This document shows positions 26,193 to 40,413 of a stretch of 64,000 nt of DNA, in pieces. The notes under the pieces are model-generated. The model had not been told where the DNA came from, did not search any database, and saw nothing but the letters and a program-made list of their open reading frames with translations. The stretch spans positions 38,316,001-38,380,000 of the forward strand of contig OX597840.1 of assembly GCA_951406725.2 (NCBI GenBank), given 5' to 3'. Made by a program: the position numbers and the translations under genes. Position 1 is the first letter of the stretch. Each line of letters opens with the position of its first letter. This stretch comes from Octopus vulgaris. Lineage: Eukaryota.

Positions 26193-26513
26193 TAGTGGGT
26201 CTATGTATATATATATATATATATGTATGTAGGTATGTGTGTATGTATGTATATTTGTATAAATGAATGTATACGTATACATATGTACGTATGTTTAACC
26301 ATATGTATATTTACTTGATGTGTGAAATTGAATTATCGATGTGTCAGTCGCAGTCTGTTTAGATTAAGAAGTAACACACACACACATGCACACATGTAGA
26401 TAAATATACATGTTCGTGCATGCATTGAATGCACATAGATACAAAACATGCCTCATGTATTCGAATAATGTATATCATACGTCATATATCTATGGATGCA
26501 TCCATAGATATAT

Positions 26514-26550
<37 letters not shown>

Positions 26551-26654
26551 CATATATCATATATATGCATCCATAGATATAATATATATATATATTATAT
26601 ATATATACATACATATACATTTATATATACACACATACACACACATTATATACA

Positions 26655-26693
<39 letters not shown>

Positions 26694-26824
26694 CATATAT
26701 CATATATATGCATCCATAGATATAATATATATATATATATATATATATACATACATATATATTATATATATATATATACTATATATATTATATATATATA
26801 TACATACATATATCATATATACAC

Positions 26825-26879
<55 letters not shown>

Positions 26880-26891
26880 TATATATATGAT

Positions 26892-26925
<34 letters not shown>

Positions 26926-27972
26926 CGTGCATGAGTGTGTGTGTGTACGCGTGTGTATGTGTAGGGGAAATTTGTATATGCTTACATGTCATCGGACATT
27001 TCTGATTACTTCCAGCATTTTCGTGATTTAAATGAAATTGGCAAACGAAACTTTCGTGATAGATTTCTCTTTTCTCGGCATTTTCATATCTATATATAAA
27101 CATAATTCTGTTCGCGCAAGTGTGCGTGCATGCGCGTGTGTGTTTATGTGTGTATGTGTGCGTTTCCCTGCTTTTGTGTGTGTCTGAGTGTGCGCTTGTG
27201 TGTCTTATGGCTGCGTTGCAAGGTTATTTGGCCTACGATGGCTAAGTAATTTTAATGCACAGCGGCGTTTTGTGGCCTTGAGCAAGACACTTTACTGCAC
27301 CTTGCTTCAATATATTCAGATGGCAAAAATAAGCTGTACCTAGAATATAAAAGACTAACCTTTCCGCACACAGTTTCATGGTGAATCTCCCCGAAAACTA
27401 CGCTATGGGTTACGCGTGTCTGCGGAATGCTCAGCCACTTACAGGTTAATTACACGAGTAGGCTGTTTTGTTGATCGTATCAACTGCAGCAGTCGTTAGC
27501 ATAAGCACCGAAGTGACAGTTTATAATCCTATGTATTTGGTTGTCTAGAAAGTTCGTGCCGATTTATAGTACCTTACCTTTCGACTTATTTTAGAACATG
27601 GTTGAGTCCGTAAAATAGGACTTAATCTGACCTTAATCTGTAATCTTATATACTCTTTTCTTATTTTCGACGAAGTCCTACTCTTCCATTTTTGCACTCT
27701 CCCTTACCCATCCCAGCAACGTTTGCCGTTGGGTTTGCCAGAATTAGCGATAGTGTTGCGAAATTATGATGACTTTTTGCTCAAAAACTGATGAGGGGTG
27801 AGCATGTCACCGTACCGTGAGTTTCATACCTTTTTTTATCGTCATTTTGTGGAATATTTTATCTATCCTCTCTCTCGGTGTCTCGATCTGTCTGTCTTTC
27901 TTTCTCACTCTTCCTCTCTCTCTCACTCTCTCATTCTCTCTCTATATGTGTATGTCTGCATGTATGTATATA

Positions 27973-28158
27973 GTGACCGCGTGTGTACCGTTGGCGATTT
28001 TTTTTCCTCTGTCTTCCCTTCTCTGGATCTTTCCTTTTCCTATGTTTCCGACGAAGAGCTCCGCTCGAAACATAAAGTCCTCCTTCTTCTCTTCCTTCCT
28101 GAGCGTTCAATAATACTATATTTGTTCCACGTCCTAGCGTTGTGTTTCATGTTTGGAT

Positions 28159-28162
<4 letters not shown>
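27973..28162 (+). mobile_element. ~190-bp HHR-bearing element adjoining (TA)n; diverged relative of the 38404/53680/54571/56337 family
   Basis: TTT-CCGACGAA-GAGC tcc GCTC-GAAA-CAT-AAA at 28045-28077, followed by CCTGAGCG..TAATAC as in the related copies. Confidence 0.6.
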
Positions 28163-28206
<44 letters not shown>

Positions 28207-28277
28207 GGTCCCGGGTTGATTCGGGGTTAACCACAGTACATAAGGTACTCAATAGATAGCAGAGTAAAATTAATTTA

Positions 28278-28396
28278 TTATATAGAAGGAGCTTCTACAG
28301 GACTAGAACTGTTTCATTCAAGAGAAATCTTCAGGAGCTTCCTGAAGATTTCTCTTGAATGAAACAGTTCTAGTCCTGTGAAGCTCCTTCTATATA

Positions 28397-28397
<1 letters not shown>
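28278..28397. repeat. Near-perfect 120-bp palindrome with an HHR-like core in each arm, in a (TA)n insertion
   Basis: Arms of about 58 bp with a single 1-nt bulge and a 3-nt loop (GCT, 28337-28339). The arm reads CTGAAGA-TTTC tctt GAAT-GAAAC-A-GTT. Confidence 0.85.
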
Positions 28398-28490
<93 letters not shown>

Positions 28491-28518
28491 ATATACTGTC
28501 GTATATATCTGCATAAAT

Positions 28519-28571
<53 letters not shown>

Positions 28572-28626
28572 TAGATATGCTTCGACCAAAGATTGGTCCA
28601 GGCCATGTCTAGCTTAATAGCACCAC

Positions 28627-28681
<55 letters not shown>

Positions 28682-29172
28682 TTATGTATATATATTCATA
28701 TATGAATGTAATATACATACTGGATAGCCAATCAGAAAGCATAAATTTATTCAACTACATTTTGCGAGATTCACATAACCCCGATGCAGTAACTTTTCAT
28801 TTCAGTCGATTTGTGCTGTTTCTTTCATCCACATTTATGGTCATTCTGAATATAGTACATATATTCTCCCTGCGTGTGTATATATTACACGCACGCAGGC
28901 ACATACACACGCAGATACATACAAACATCTAGTATATAGATGTATACATATGTGGGTATATATATATATATACATATATATAGATAATTATATATATATA
29001 ATGTAAAGTATAGAAGCCATCTTATCATGGCTAACCACATTGGGGAGGGGGTGTTACTGTAGCTTTATAGCCCGAAGAGATCGTCGTCTCTACCTGGCTT
29101 TAGACACAATATCAGTGCCCTTGGAGTATTTGCAAAGGGAGACCATTCCTTCCTCGCAAGCCTGAGTGATAC

Positions 29173-29213
29173 GCTCGAACTAGTTTCGGGATTTTTGTCC
29201 CTCGTCAACGGGC
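29173..29213 (-). ncRNA. Minimal type-I hammerhead motif within a ~360-bp (TA)n-flanked insert (about 29001-29360)
   Basis: Minus strand: GCCCG-TTGACGA-GGGA caaaaa TCCC-GAAA-CTAG-TT-CGAGC. C3 is changed to U, stem I has one mismatch, and stem III is the palindrome ACTAGT. Confidence 0.72.
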
Positions 29214-29361
29214 GGTAACCACCAGGTCGCGATGAAAGTGAAGGCTGCTTTGCAAATAAATAAGTTTTTCTAGTGGCATCTGCCACTGATGTCGAAAAAC
29301 GGACAGTAAACATAATTAAATCTCAGAATGAGATTGAAACAGTAATCGCTCGATAAATGTA

Positions 29362-29422
<61 letters not shown>

Positions 29423-30093
29423 CGTATATATTACTGAACTTCTTTCATAGATATTGATGTTATCTTGTCTTTCTCATTTTACGTACTTCGAGGTCGTGTT
29501 TTACGAGATGTACTTTTCCAGTAATTGTGATTATGCTAGTTTTTCTGTGTGATAACAAGTTTATGATGTGATGTTGATTGACAAACAAAGTATATAATAG
29601 TCTATGTTCGCCGTATTGTCTGAATGTCCTTTGTATAATTAATTAAGTATTAATTTTTAGGTATAATCTATCACTATATTGATACTTGCACTATTAAGCT
29701 GAAAGATAATCGGTTAGTGTTTATGTTTTTGTAGACCGGAACGTGCTTATGAGCTCAGTGTAGCAGGGTGACCGTTTAATTTAGCATAGTTTGGTTGCCT
29801 TCAGACGTAATTAATTAGGCTTGGATGATATTAGCGAATAGAGCATTGGGAGGCTGTGTGGCATATATGTAACCATAGAGGTGGTTGGCATGAAAATATG
29901 AATTCAAAAGCCTGACTTTGCAATGACATAGCCTGGTATCAAACAGGGTGTAATGGAGAAAACGTAGTTTGCATTCGACTAAAGGACGACACTAATATAC
30001 TAACGACAGGCATAGATAAATCAGGTGCAAGGTTTTCAGATAACATGTATGTATGTATATATGTATATGCGTATATATATATATATATATATA

Positions 30094-30200
<107 letters not shown>

Positions 30201-30239
30201 TGTATGTATGTGTGTATGTATGTATGTATAATATCATAT

Positions 30240-31075
30240 AAATCCCATTCTGTCTGTGTTTGTAAAAGGTTATAACGGCCGTATCTTTCAACTGATTTTC
30301 TCCAAATTGGGGGCATATATTACGTATGTTCCAGGGATGATTTTACACACTGACAATTTTCCACATAATGGGTAACCGGACCCCTAAGGCCAGAAAACAC
30401 CCGTTCCTGGTTTACGGGGAGAAGCTAGGTCGCTTATTAACAGCAAAGTTGAAAATGGCCCACGAATTGTGTTCCTGGTTACTCTCCAGTCGAGTGATAT
30501 CCACACCGTTATCCTTCGTTTTTCCACGTATTCCCGGCCGCACCTTGGATACTGTTGTCCACGTTGGTCTTCCCTCACGAGACAAAGTATCATCAGAGGT
30601 CAATTATAAAAAAGATAGACGGCATGAGAGGGCCTGACTACTGGGGTCGACTACAAATGCTAAAGCTTTATTCTCTCCAACGTTGCTGTGACCGTTACAT
30701 CATTTGCATAATGTGAAAAATATTCCATCAGCATTGCCCAAATGATGTTGACATGACCTTTAAGATACACCCAAGTCATAACAACGATGAGGCGCAGTTA
30801 TTGCACCTCAGTTTCCCCCGCTGTCTTTAAAATTACACCAAAAAACATTACAGCAGAAACAGACCCCATAATATTCAAGAGAGCTTTGGACAAATTCCTT
30901 TAAAAAAAAAACGGATAAACTTCCTGCACACGGATATATATTTGCTTAAACAATAAGTCTCTGCTTGAGTGGGTCAACCTGTCCGATTCTTGATTTGAAT
31001 GTCTTCGCCAGGTGTTATTGTTAAGTTAGAAATGACCTAGGCCAATACTGGCCGAAACCTATCAAAGTATCAAAG
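30240..31075 (+). mobile_element. Decayed 3' part of a CR1-group LINE
   Basis: Frameshifted remnants RPHLGYCCPRWS..IIKKIDGMRGPDYWGRLQMLKLYSLQRCCDRYII..FKRALDKFL; tail of TATCAAAG repeats. A related 3' end lies inverted at about 28568-28630. Confidence 0.75.
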
Positions 31076-31122
31076 ATTATACATACATACATACACATAT
31101 ACATTCAAAAGTCCATGCAATG

Positions 31123-31247
<125 letters not shown>

Positions 31248-31287
31248 ATACATACGTACATACATACATACATATATACATAGAAGT

Positions 31288-31655
31288 GGAGGCGCAATGG
31301 CTCAGTGGTTAGGGCAGCAGACTCGGGGTCGTAAGTTTGTGGTTTCGATCCCCAGAGCGGGCGCAGTGAGTGTTTACTGAGCGAAAACACCCAAAGCTCC
31401 AGGCTACGGCAGGGTGTGGTGGCGAATCCTGCTGTACAATTTTCTTTCTATTTTGCTTCCTGTTTCTGTTGTACCTGTATTTCAAAGGGTCAGCCTTGTC
31501 ACACTTTTTGCCACGCTGAATCTCCTCGAGAACTACGGTAAGTGTACACGTGACTGTGGAGTGCTTAGCCATTTCCACGTTAATTTCACGAGCAGGCTGA
31601 TATGTTGATCGGATCATCTGCAACCCTTGTCGTCGTAACCGACGGAGTGCCGCGA
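31288..31655 (+). mobile_element. Family-B tRNA-derived SINE (octopus OR-like)
   Basis: GGAGGCGCAATGGCTCAGTGGTTAGGGCAGCAGACTCG..GGTTTCGATCCC head; tail GTCGTAACCGACGGAGTGC. Confidence 0.85.
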
Positions 31656-32089
31656 TATACATATATGTATATACATCTATACGGCAATTAGAAAATATAA
31701 GGGATCAAGAGTTGGTATTTATCAACTTTTAGACATTATATCATGTCTATTTATTTATTTAAACAAAAAAAACAAACAATTATAACAATATACATACATG
31801 TATAACATATTATGCTTTACATATATAAAACTACCAGTAATTATTTTCTTATTGCTGTGTAAATTAAGCATAAAACTACTTTTTTTAACCCTCACCCATT
31901 TATTATGTTCAGTAGTGTAATTACCTTGCAATGAAAAACACTTGTGTATTAATAATTGGGTTTCTACCAGCGGTATATTGGATAGATATTATCCCTTAGT
32001 TGGTTAAATTCACAACCTCTAACTCTCTTGGAATTATATACATATACATATGTGTGTGTGTATGTATATATTTATATATGTATATATGG

Positions 32090-32316
<227 letters not shown>

Positions 32317-32593
32317 CATATACACGCTCACACACACACGTGATGTTTGAGTAAGAAATATCGAGCAGGAGAGGGGTGCCCTGGTAAAGAGAGAGAGAAT
32401 GAACTCTGAATGACAGAATCAAAGGTATGATTAGAGCAGTCGTTTAGATAAATATAATACGTAAACTATTTATATTGTTAGATAAAATCCTTTTATCTAA
32501 TGTTAGGTTTATTTCTCTTTCGGTAGTGATTGGTTCGATATTGATTTCTTCCTCTTTACTATTTTCTTTCTTTTCCTTGAAATGTTTGAACAG

Positions 32594-34440
32594 CTGGACG
32601 GAAGTTCGATGTCTCGAAACTGTCTGGACGAAGAAAAATTGCTAGTCTGTTGACAGAGTTCATCCGACAGAATAATGTTTCCAAAGTGAAAAATACGTTG
32701 AACATATACAACGTGAAACAAAGATACATGATCGTGTCACTGAAAATAAACGGCTGTCCTTTAATTTTTACGGCATCGCATGCAGGTAACGTAAGTCTTG
32801 TCAACTATTTCCTCGATCAATGCGATGCCAACATCGAACAACGTGGAACATATGTTGGAATGAAAAGCACACCGCTTTGGATCGCTGCACTTCGGAATCA
32901 TTTCTACGTGGTGGTTGCGTTGGTCGAACACGGTGCTGATATCAACACGCAAGCAAGTTCTGGCAAAAGTGCCGTAAGCATCAGCTGTCGAAATGCTAAG
33001 ATTGTTAAGTATCTCATTCAACAAGGTGCCGACATTGATTTGCCAGACACCAGAGGTCGAACATCGTTAATGTATTCAGCCCCACATTTGAACATATGTC
33101 GTCGCTTGTTGTCTCTCGGAGCAAATGTTAACAGGGTTGACCATAAGGGGCAGGACGCCCTCCATTTCGCAATAAAGCGAGGGCAGTTAAAAACAGTTGA
33201 TTTATTTGTTAGACATGGAACTAATCTTCTGAGGAAAGATAATAACGGGACAACACCTTTGGAGTTCGCAGCTATCCATAACAAACCGGATATTTTGGAA
33301 TATCTAATCTCCACAAATCAGTACGGTAGAGAAGCTATCATATCGGCTTATGAACTCTTGGGCAGCCAGTTTGCGATGGATTATCACTTGACCTATAATG
33401 CAGAACAGGTGAAAATATGGTGGTTTAGGGCCATAGAAATGCGCCACGGAGACACAACTCAGGCACCAATCATGAAGCATTTATCTACTAATCAAAGACT
33501 GGTCACTAATTTAATCGGGGAAGAATTTACAAGCTCTGACTTCTTGAATCAAATTTTACACGATGTGAACTCAATGTGGACCCAAGGTCTACTGGTGCAG
33601 TCGCGGATCCTAGGACCTAGGCATCCGACTGTCATCAAATCATTCATGAGAAAAGCGTGTTTTCATATTAATCGTACTGACTTTCATTCTAGTTTGCAAT
33701 TATTATACTGTCTCTTGAGTTTCTTCGAACAGTTCACGGACCCATTACAAAACGATATCCTGGATGTTGTAGGGACGTTCAGTTCCATCTTGATGCACAC
33801 GGTATTAGCAAATAATTCGAGCACTTACTATATTTTCCGCATATTCCATTGCTTCGTCAAATACGTGTGCTATCATATAATTCCTTACTTGAAGAAATAT
33901 GGTCGGAATTTAATGTTTCACCGAATACCTGATTTTGAACGGTTTTTAGTTGAAATTCTCGACTTACTGGAATTCATATTGAACTTCCCGTTGCCCGATT
34001 GTCAAGGAAGCGAGATCGAAAACAGTCTGGGTGAACTCTTACGCCATCATCCACGTGGTATGAACCATATAACGCTGCTACAACTATCAATCCGAATGTA
34101 TCGCACTGTCAGTGTAGTTGAAATGCTTCTGAGATGCGGAGCAGATGTGAATGCCGTTGACAACGAAGGCAACACCGCGATACATTACGCCATTCTGTAT
34201 CCTTCACAACACCAAATAGAAATATTGTCCTCTTTACTTCAATACGGATGCCACGTAGATATCGTCAACAATAATGGCTATTCTGCACTGGAATATCTTC
34301 AGCATTGCAGACTAATAACCAGCTATTTGAAATACTGTACGCTTCAGTGCATTTGCGCACGAACCATCCGTGAACACAACGTCAACTACAAACACATACT
34401 GTCAAAAGATTTGGCATATTTCGTAGATAAGCATGGCTAA
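32594..34440 (+). CDS. Fem-1-like ankyrin-repeat protein, copy 1 (putative CRL2 E3 substrate receptor); probably a large terminal coding exon with its start codon in an unidentified upstream exon
   Basis: Uninterrupted ORF of about 600 aa. N-terminal ankyrin repeats (STPLWIAA..HFYVVVALVEHGADIN; GRTSLMYS; GQDALHFAI; GTTPLEFAA), Fem-1 middle motifs (AYELLGSQFA..WWFRAIEMR..QGLLVQSRILGPRHP), C-terminal ankyrins (GADVNAVDNEGNTAIHYA) and a BC/VHL-box-like TLQCICARTI. The frame is open back to a pyrimidine tract plus CAG at 32591-32593, with an in-frame TGA just upstream. The listed TTG at 32650 is not a credible start. Confidence 0.88.
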
Positions 34441-35070
34441 GTACTACTGTTTATTGGATTAATTTCTAGTAAATACCAAGATAATCATTCCTTCAATGTT
34501 TTCCAAATATTACACGATTATGATTAACTAAAATGAAAACAACTGTAAAACATAACAAGTAAATGCAAAAGTTTATTAAATATTATATGTTCTCTGTATA
34601 TTATCGGCTTCAATTATTGAGATTAATGCGTTATTTATTATCAGTAAATTCATAATTATGAATCGGGTTTTAGAAAAATGGAAGTCTGTCTACATTATTT
34701 ATGTTATAACCGTCACATTTGGATTGCTGTTGGACACGAAGCTTCTAGTATTTCTATCTAAATATTTTTTTAAAAGATATACATTCATATAGAAGTACGC
34801 ATGGCTGTGTGATTAAGAAAGGCGCTTTGTAACTACGTGGTATCTTGTAGAGCGCCGGAGCGCGGCCTAAATGTAGTCGGTGGGGAGATTTTTTTCAACT
34901 GTAAATTTAATACGGTGCGCCAAAATTTCAAAGCATTTCAAATACTTAAACAGTAACAATGGATCTCTTCGAATTATCAATCAATAAATATACATACGCC
35001 GCCCTAAATACAAATGCACTCATACATACACACGCGCGTGTTAACATATGTATATATGTGTGTGTGTGCG

Positions 35071-35116
<46 letters not shown>

Positions 35117-35812
35117 CAATGGTTGGAAAATTAATGGAAACACCTTAAAGTTTCAAACAAATTTATTTTAATATGGGATAGGATCACCTTTAGCAGTAAT
35201 TACAACTAACCTTAACCATAATTCATCGAGGTATGGACTCGTACAAAGTTTGAAGTGTTTCCAAAGGAAGTTTTGTCCAATCTTCATCTATGGTGCGGGA
35301 TATCGTCTCCTCCCTTGCTTTTCTAAAATGCACCATAAATGCTCACTAGTATTGAGATCTGGGGAATATGGTGACCAGATAAGATGTTCAACTTCACTAG
35401 AATGTTCCTCGTGTCATTAAGTAACAATTGTAACTCTGTGAATTGGTGCGTTACCATCCTGAAATATTGCGTTTCCCTCCGGAAAAAGTTCCGCAACCAT
35501 AGGATGAATTTTATCAGATAAAATGCTTAAATAGTGTTAATATTTCAGCTGTTTTCGTTACGCTAGCGCCTGCTATACGAGCACCAACAATTTGACATCT
35601 TTGAAAGTCCGATAGAGCTGTCATTGTAATGAATTTTAATTAATGTTTTCTGCTGATATCTGAAAAGAAAGATCAAATTTAGCAAAACATATTAAACACC
35701 AGAAATAATGAATAAAAAAATATAAAATAAACAAGCTTTTGATGGTTATATAGACACTTCAAAATTATGATTCTATGATACTAGGTGTTTCCATTATTTT
35801 TTCCAACCTCTG
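35117..35812 (-). mobile_element. Internally deleted Tc1-family DNA transposon
   Basis: ~29-bp terminal inverted repeats (CAATGGTTGGAAAATTAATGGAAACACCT / AGGTGTTTCCATTATTTTTTCCAACCTCTG). Minus-strand remnants MTALSDFQRCQIVGARIAGASVTKTAE and IFQDGNAPIH..WSPYSPDLNTSEHLW..LQTLYESIPR. Confidence 0.88.
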
Positions 35813-35814
35813 TG

Positions 35815-35865
<51 letters not shown>

Positions 35866-36212
35866 GCATGTGTGTATGTACGTGTGTGTGTGTGTGTGTT
35901 TGAGTGTGTGCGTATGAGTAGGCGTCGGTTGCTGAAAAGAAGTTATTTCCCCCGTGGTTCTGGGTTCAATCACAATGCGTGACAAATTAGGCAATTCTCT
36001 TCTCTTACACCCTCGGGTCGACCAATGCTTTGCGAGTAGATTTGGTAAGCAGAAACTGAACGAAGCGCATCGTATATGTGTATAAATATGCTTGCATATA
36101 CGTTTGTGTGTGCGTGTGTGTCTCTGTGTCACTTCTTGTCCCACAATAGTACTTCAAAACTGATGTACCTGGCCTTATTAAAAGATAAAAAAACAAGATA
36201 TATGTAGGTATG

Positions 36213-36245
<33 letters not shown>

Positions 36246-36248
36246 GTA

Positions 36249-36284
<36 letters not shown>

Positions 36285-36331
36285 TACATACATATATATA
36301 TATACATATATATATGTATATATATGTATAT

Positions 36332-37038
36332 ATAAAGAATAAGATTTGAATGGTACAACAATGCACTACAATACAGAGAATGGGATATATACCTGTTGTA
36401 TTTTAGTCATCCATAGTCTGATGATATTTCGGAATAATATTCCTTATTCAAATATTCTTAGATGGAGTCGCTGCTATAATCGGTTTTCCAACGGTTTTTC
36501 TATTTATTTTTTTTGTTTTCAGAAGCGTCTCAGCAGTAGTCTCACGAAGCTCCCTTCGAAATTCGTCATGAGAAGTGCGTGAGGTCGGCCACGTCTCAAT
36601 CTCGTGTGTGCTGCTTCTAAGTTACGTATTAAACGTGCGGCTTCCTTTTTTTCCTGCATTTTTGTCTTCTCTTTTGTTTTTTATTTGTTATGGACTATAG
36701 ATGGGCATACTAACAAAAATGAACCTACACGCATCTTAGAAGCAGCGCTACGGATGTACCAGCACACGAGAGATTGTAACATGGCCTACATCACACATTC
36801 CTCTTGAGCAATTCCGGAAGGTGCATCGTGAGACCACTTCTGAGAGGCTTCCAAAAACTTAAAAAGAAAAGTCGTTGGAAAATCGATTATAGCTTTGACA
36901 CTATCAAAGAATATCTGAAGAAGGAATTTTATTCCGAAATATCATATCAGACTATGGATGAGAAAATTACAACAGGTATATAGCCCATTGTCTATATTAT
37001 AATGCATTGTTGTACCATTCAAAACTTTTTATTCTTTA
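36332..37038. mobile_element. Long imperfect fold-back (~300-bp arms) between (TA)n tracts, carrying a hammerhead
   Basis: 36332-36625 pairs with about 36735-37038 (e.g. TTTGAATGGTACAACAATGCA / TGCATTGTTGTACCATTCAAA). Confidence 0.8.
36911..36947 (+). ncRNA. Minimal hammerhead-like motif with one extra nucleotide after the core
   Basis: ATAT-CTGAAGA-A-GGAAT ttt ATTCC-GAAA-TA-TC-ATAT. A decayed mirror copy lies on the minus strand at about 36418-36456. Confidence 0.68.
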
Positions 37039-37076
37039 CAAACAATACACTATGCTTCAAGCGAACTACAATGCAG

Positions 37077-37115
<39 letters not shown>

Positions 37116-37376
37116 CATATTGAAAATGATAAGAAATGTGTGATGTAGGCAGTCAGATTGTTGGATGATTAGATCTATATTTTATTACTTACATTACATT
37201 TATATTTTATTTACACCTTTAGTGCTTTCTTCTGTAATGAGATTTATCAAAAAGTGGTTTAAAGTTAGATTTCTTAGTCGTTTTATAATTTAAAAAAAAT
37301 GTTCTGGGGTTTGCCAAGCAAGAGGAAAGAAAGAAGAAAAATACATGTGTGTGCGTGCGTGTGTGTGCTTGCGTGT

Positions 37377-37418
<42 letters not shown>

Positions 37419-38019
37419 TATAATATTACAAGATTCACTTGAATAAGGTACTGAAAGTTGAGGCTTTTCACTTCCTTATTTAGGTCGGAAGAAAAAGAAC
37501 CTGCACCAATTAAAAATGCATACCAACATTTGTACAGAAGTACTAACAAAATAATTAATGAAATTAAATTGGATCCAATTGAGTTTATAATCCGCTCTTT
37601 AGCTATTCCGGACATGTGCATTTTAAATAAATGTACAACCTATAATATTCTTCGGAATGCGCCTGGGGCATTTTCGAAGATCGATGAATTAGAAATAAAT
37701 AAGTAACACTACCACTCCCACATATGCCGTAGTGCTTCCCCCCATTCCCCTAAACCATGTACCTTGAATGTACATTGTTTTGGTTAAGTTCATTTATTGA
37801 TTCTGTCGTAGAAGCAATTTGTTTATCTGAAGAAAAGTTTCTTTTTTTATATAATGATGTAATGAACTAGTTAATCAATTCAAAAATTATTTAGAAACGG
37901 TTGTAATGAATTGACGCCTGTCCATCAATTGCTACTTATGTATACATACATAAATACATGCACATACACACATACACACACACATATATATATGTTTATA
38001 TATATACACACAGACACAG

Positions 38020-38083
<64 letters not shown>

Positions 38084-38159
38084 TAATATTAATAAGGCCA
38101 GTAAAAGAATGAATGAGACCTCGGTATGTAAAATAGAGGAATTTATCCATAAATATAAT

Positions 38160-38323
38160 ATGTGACAATTAGTTGGTTGTCATAATGGAACTCAGATTTT
38201 CAGATACCGGGGCTTAAATCTGCTCCGGCATCTCATCAGTTATTAAGACTGATAAAAACTAATGACTTCAGTCCCGGTATCCGAACGCTGAGTTTTATTA
38301 TGACAACCAACTAATTGTCACGT
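38160..38323. repeat. Fold-back element in (TA)n
   Basis: GTGACAATTAGTTGGTTGTCATAAT..CTCAG..GATACCGGG is inverted at about 38273-38321. Confidence 0.75.
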
Positions 38324-38325
38324 AT

Positions 38326-38386
<61 letters not shown>

Positions 38387-38403
38387 AAGTATGTATGTAT
38401 ATT

Positions 38404-38593
38404 GGGAGAATTCACAAAAAAACAAAAGACGAAGACAGGTGATGTAGACAACAAACAGATGTATTAGTTTAACGGTAGTGAAGTGAAAATGCCTTTAACG
38501 TTTCGAGCCTACGCTCTTCCAGAGAAAGGATCACAGAAAGAAACAGGGAGAGAAAATAAAGAATGTGTAGTGGCTAGCGATCTATCATGGCGA
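38404..38593 (-). mobile_element. ~200-bp HHR-bearing microsatellite-inserted element
   Basis: Minus strand 38492-38529: CCTTT-CTCTGGAA-GAGC gtag GCTC-GAAAC-GTT-AAAGG; begins CGCCATG like the other copies. Confidence 0.75.
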
Positions 38594-38673
<80 letters not shown>

Positions 38674-39118
38674 ATTTATGTATGTATATATATACTTAGG
38701 GGCATGCGCATGTGTTGTATATGTAATATAGCAGAATAATTGTCCGTAGTACCCTGGTGAATAATTTTCGCTTAGGAAATAGCTGGTTAGTATCCTTTGA
38801 AATATTTCTGTTGGCAAAGTGTGAAGGACCAAAAGGAATGGTAAATTCAGACTGGGACTAAAAGAGTTGACCAATTAGAGATAGAATCAATGATGTAAAC
38901 GAAATAAACATTGATAGCCCTGTCAAGTTCTATTACGACGACAACTGAAGTGTGGAAGTGGAAGTGGCCGTGGATGAAGTAAATGGAAGAAAGTGCTTAA
39001 GATGAAAAGAAAGGAAAATGGGATGTAATAAAATCGAATGAATTTCCTCATAAATAAAATGCAAATAAAATAAGGAATCATAATAGCGTTTAGAAGTTCG
39101 TTTTCAAATTTTATCAAC

Positions 39119-39780
<662 letters not shown>

Positions 39781-40221
39781 TGATGGAAAACATCTGAATG
39801 ATTGCATACTGTAATATCCCTTGTTGACAGAATTAAAGCAATTATGGATTTAACAAGACTCGTTTTATCAAATATCATCAGGTTGTCAAATTCCAATGAG
39901 GAAAACCAATGAAAAACTTATCCTGGAATCGGGCTTATAATGGTTTGTAGGTGTGATGCATGTCCCTAGCTGGATTTATTAGTTTCTTTGAAGAGCAAGT
40001 ATCCATGTTAACTCTAGTGTTGAACAAAATTGGTTTATTACGAAACTGTGGAAGGTGGGGGCGGGGTTATTGTAGGAAAAAGTACATGTAACAGCCGTGT
40101 GTTTTTCTTGCCTGTATTTGATGAAAATAGATGTGTTGAAGATAAGAAAAATATCATGGATGTAATTTAATATGCCGCATTTAAGAAATATTTAATATTA
40201 CTTGAACATATAATGTTAGGC

Positions 40222-40374
40222 TTAGGAGTGGCTGTGTGGTAAGTAGCTTGCTTACCAATTACAAAGGTTTAGTCCCACTGCGTGGCACCTTGGCAAGTGT
40301 CTCCTACTAAAGCCTCGGGCCGACCAAAGCATTGTGAGTGGATTTCGTAGACGGAAACAGAAAGAAGCCTGTTG

Positions 40375-40413
<39 letters not shown>

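Noticed and set aside
31288-31362. tRNA gene (also 7266, 22158, 53460, 59215, 62860)
   Set aside because: A/B boxes are present, but each continues into a shared SINE body and lacks a clean acceptor stem.
32650-32652. TTG (and GTG at 47228) as Fem-1 start codons
   Set aside because: ORF-finder artefacts: coding conservation extends upstream of both, to a shared splice acceptor.
32761-33314. Antisense ORFs conserved in both Fem-1 copies (also 47318-47856)
   Set aside because: Shadow frames of the conserved sense CDS.
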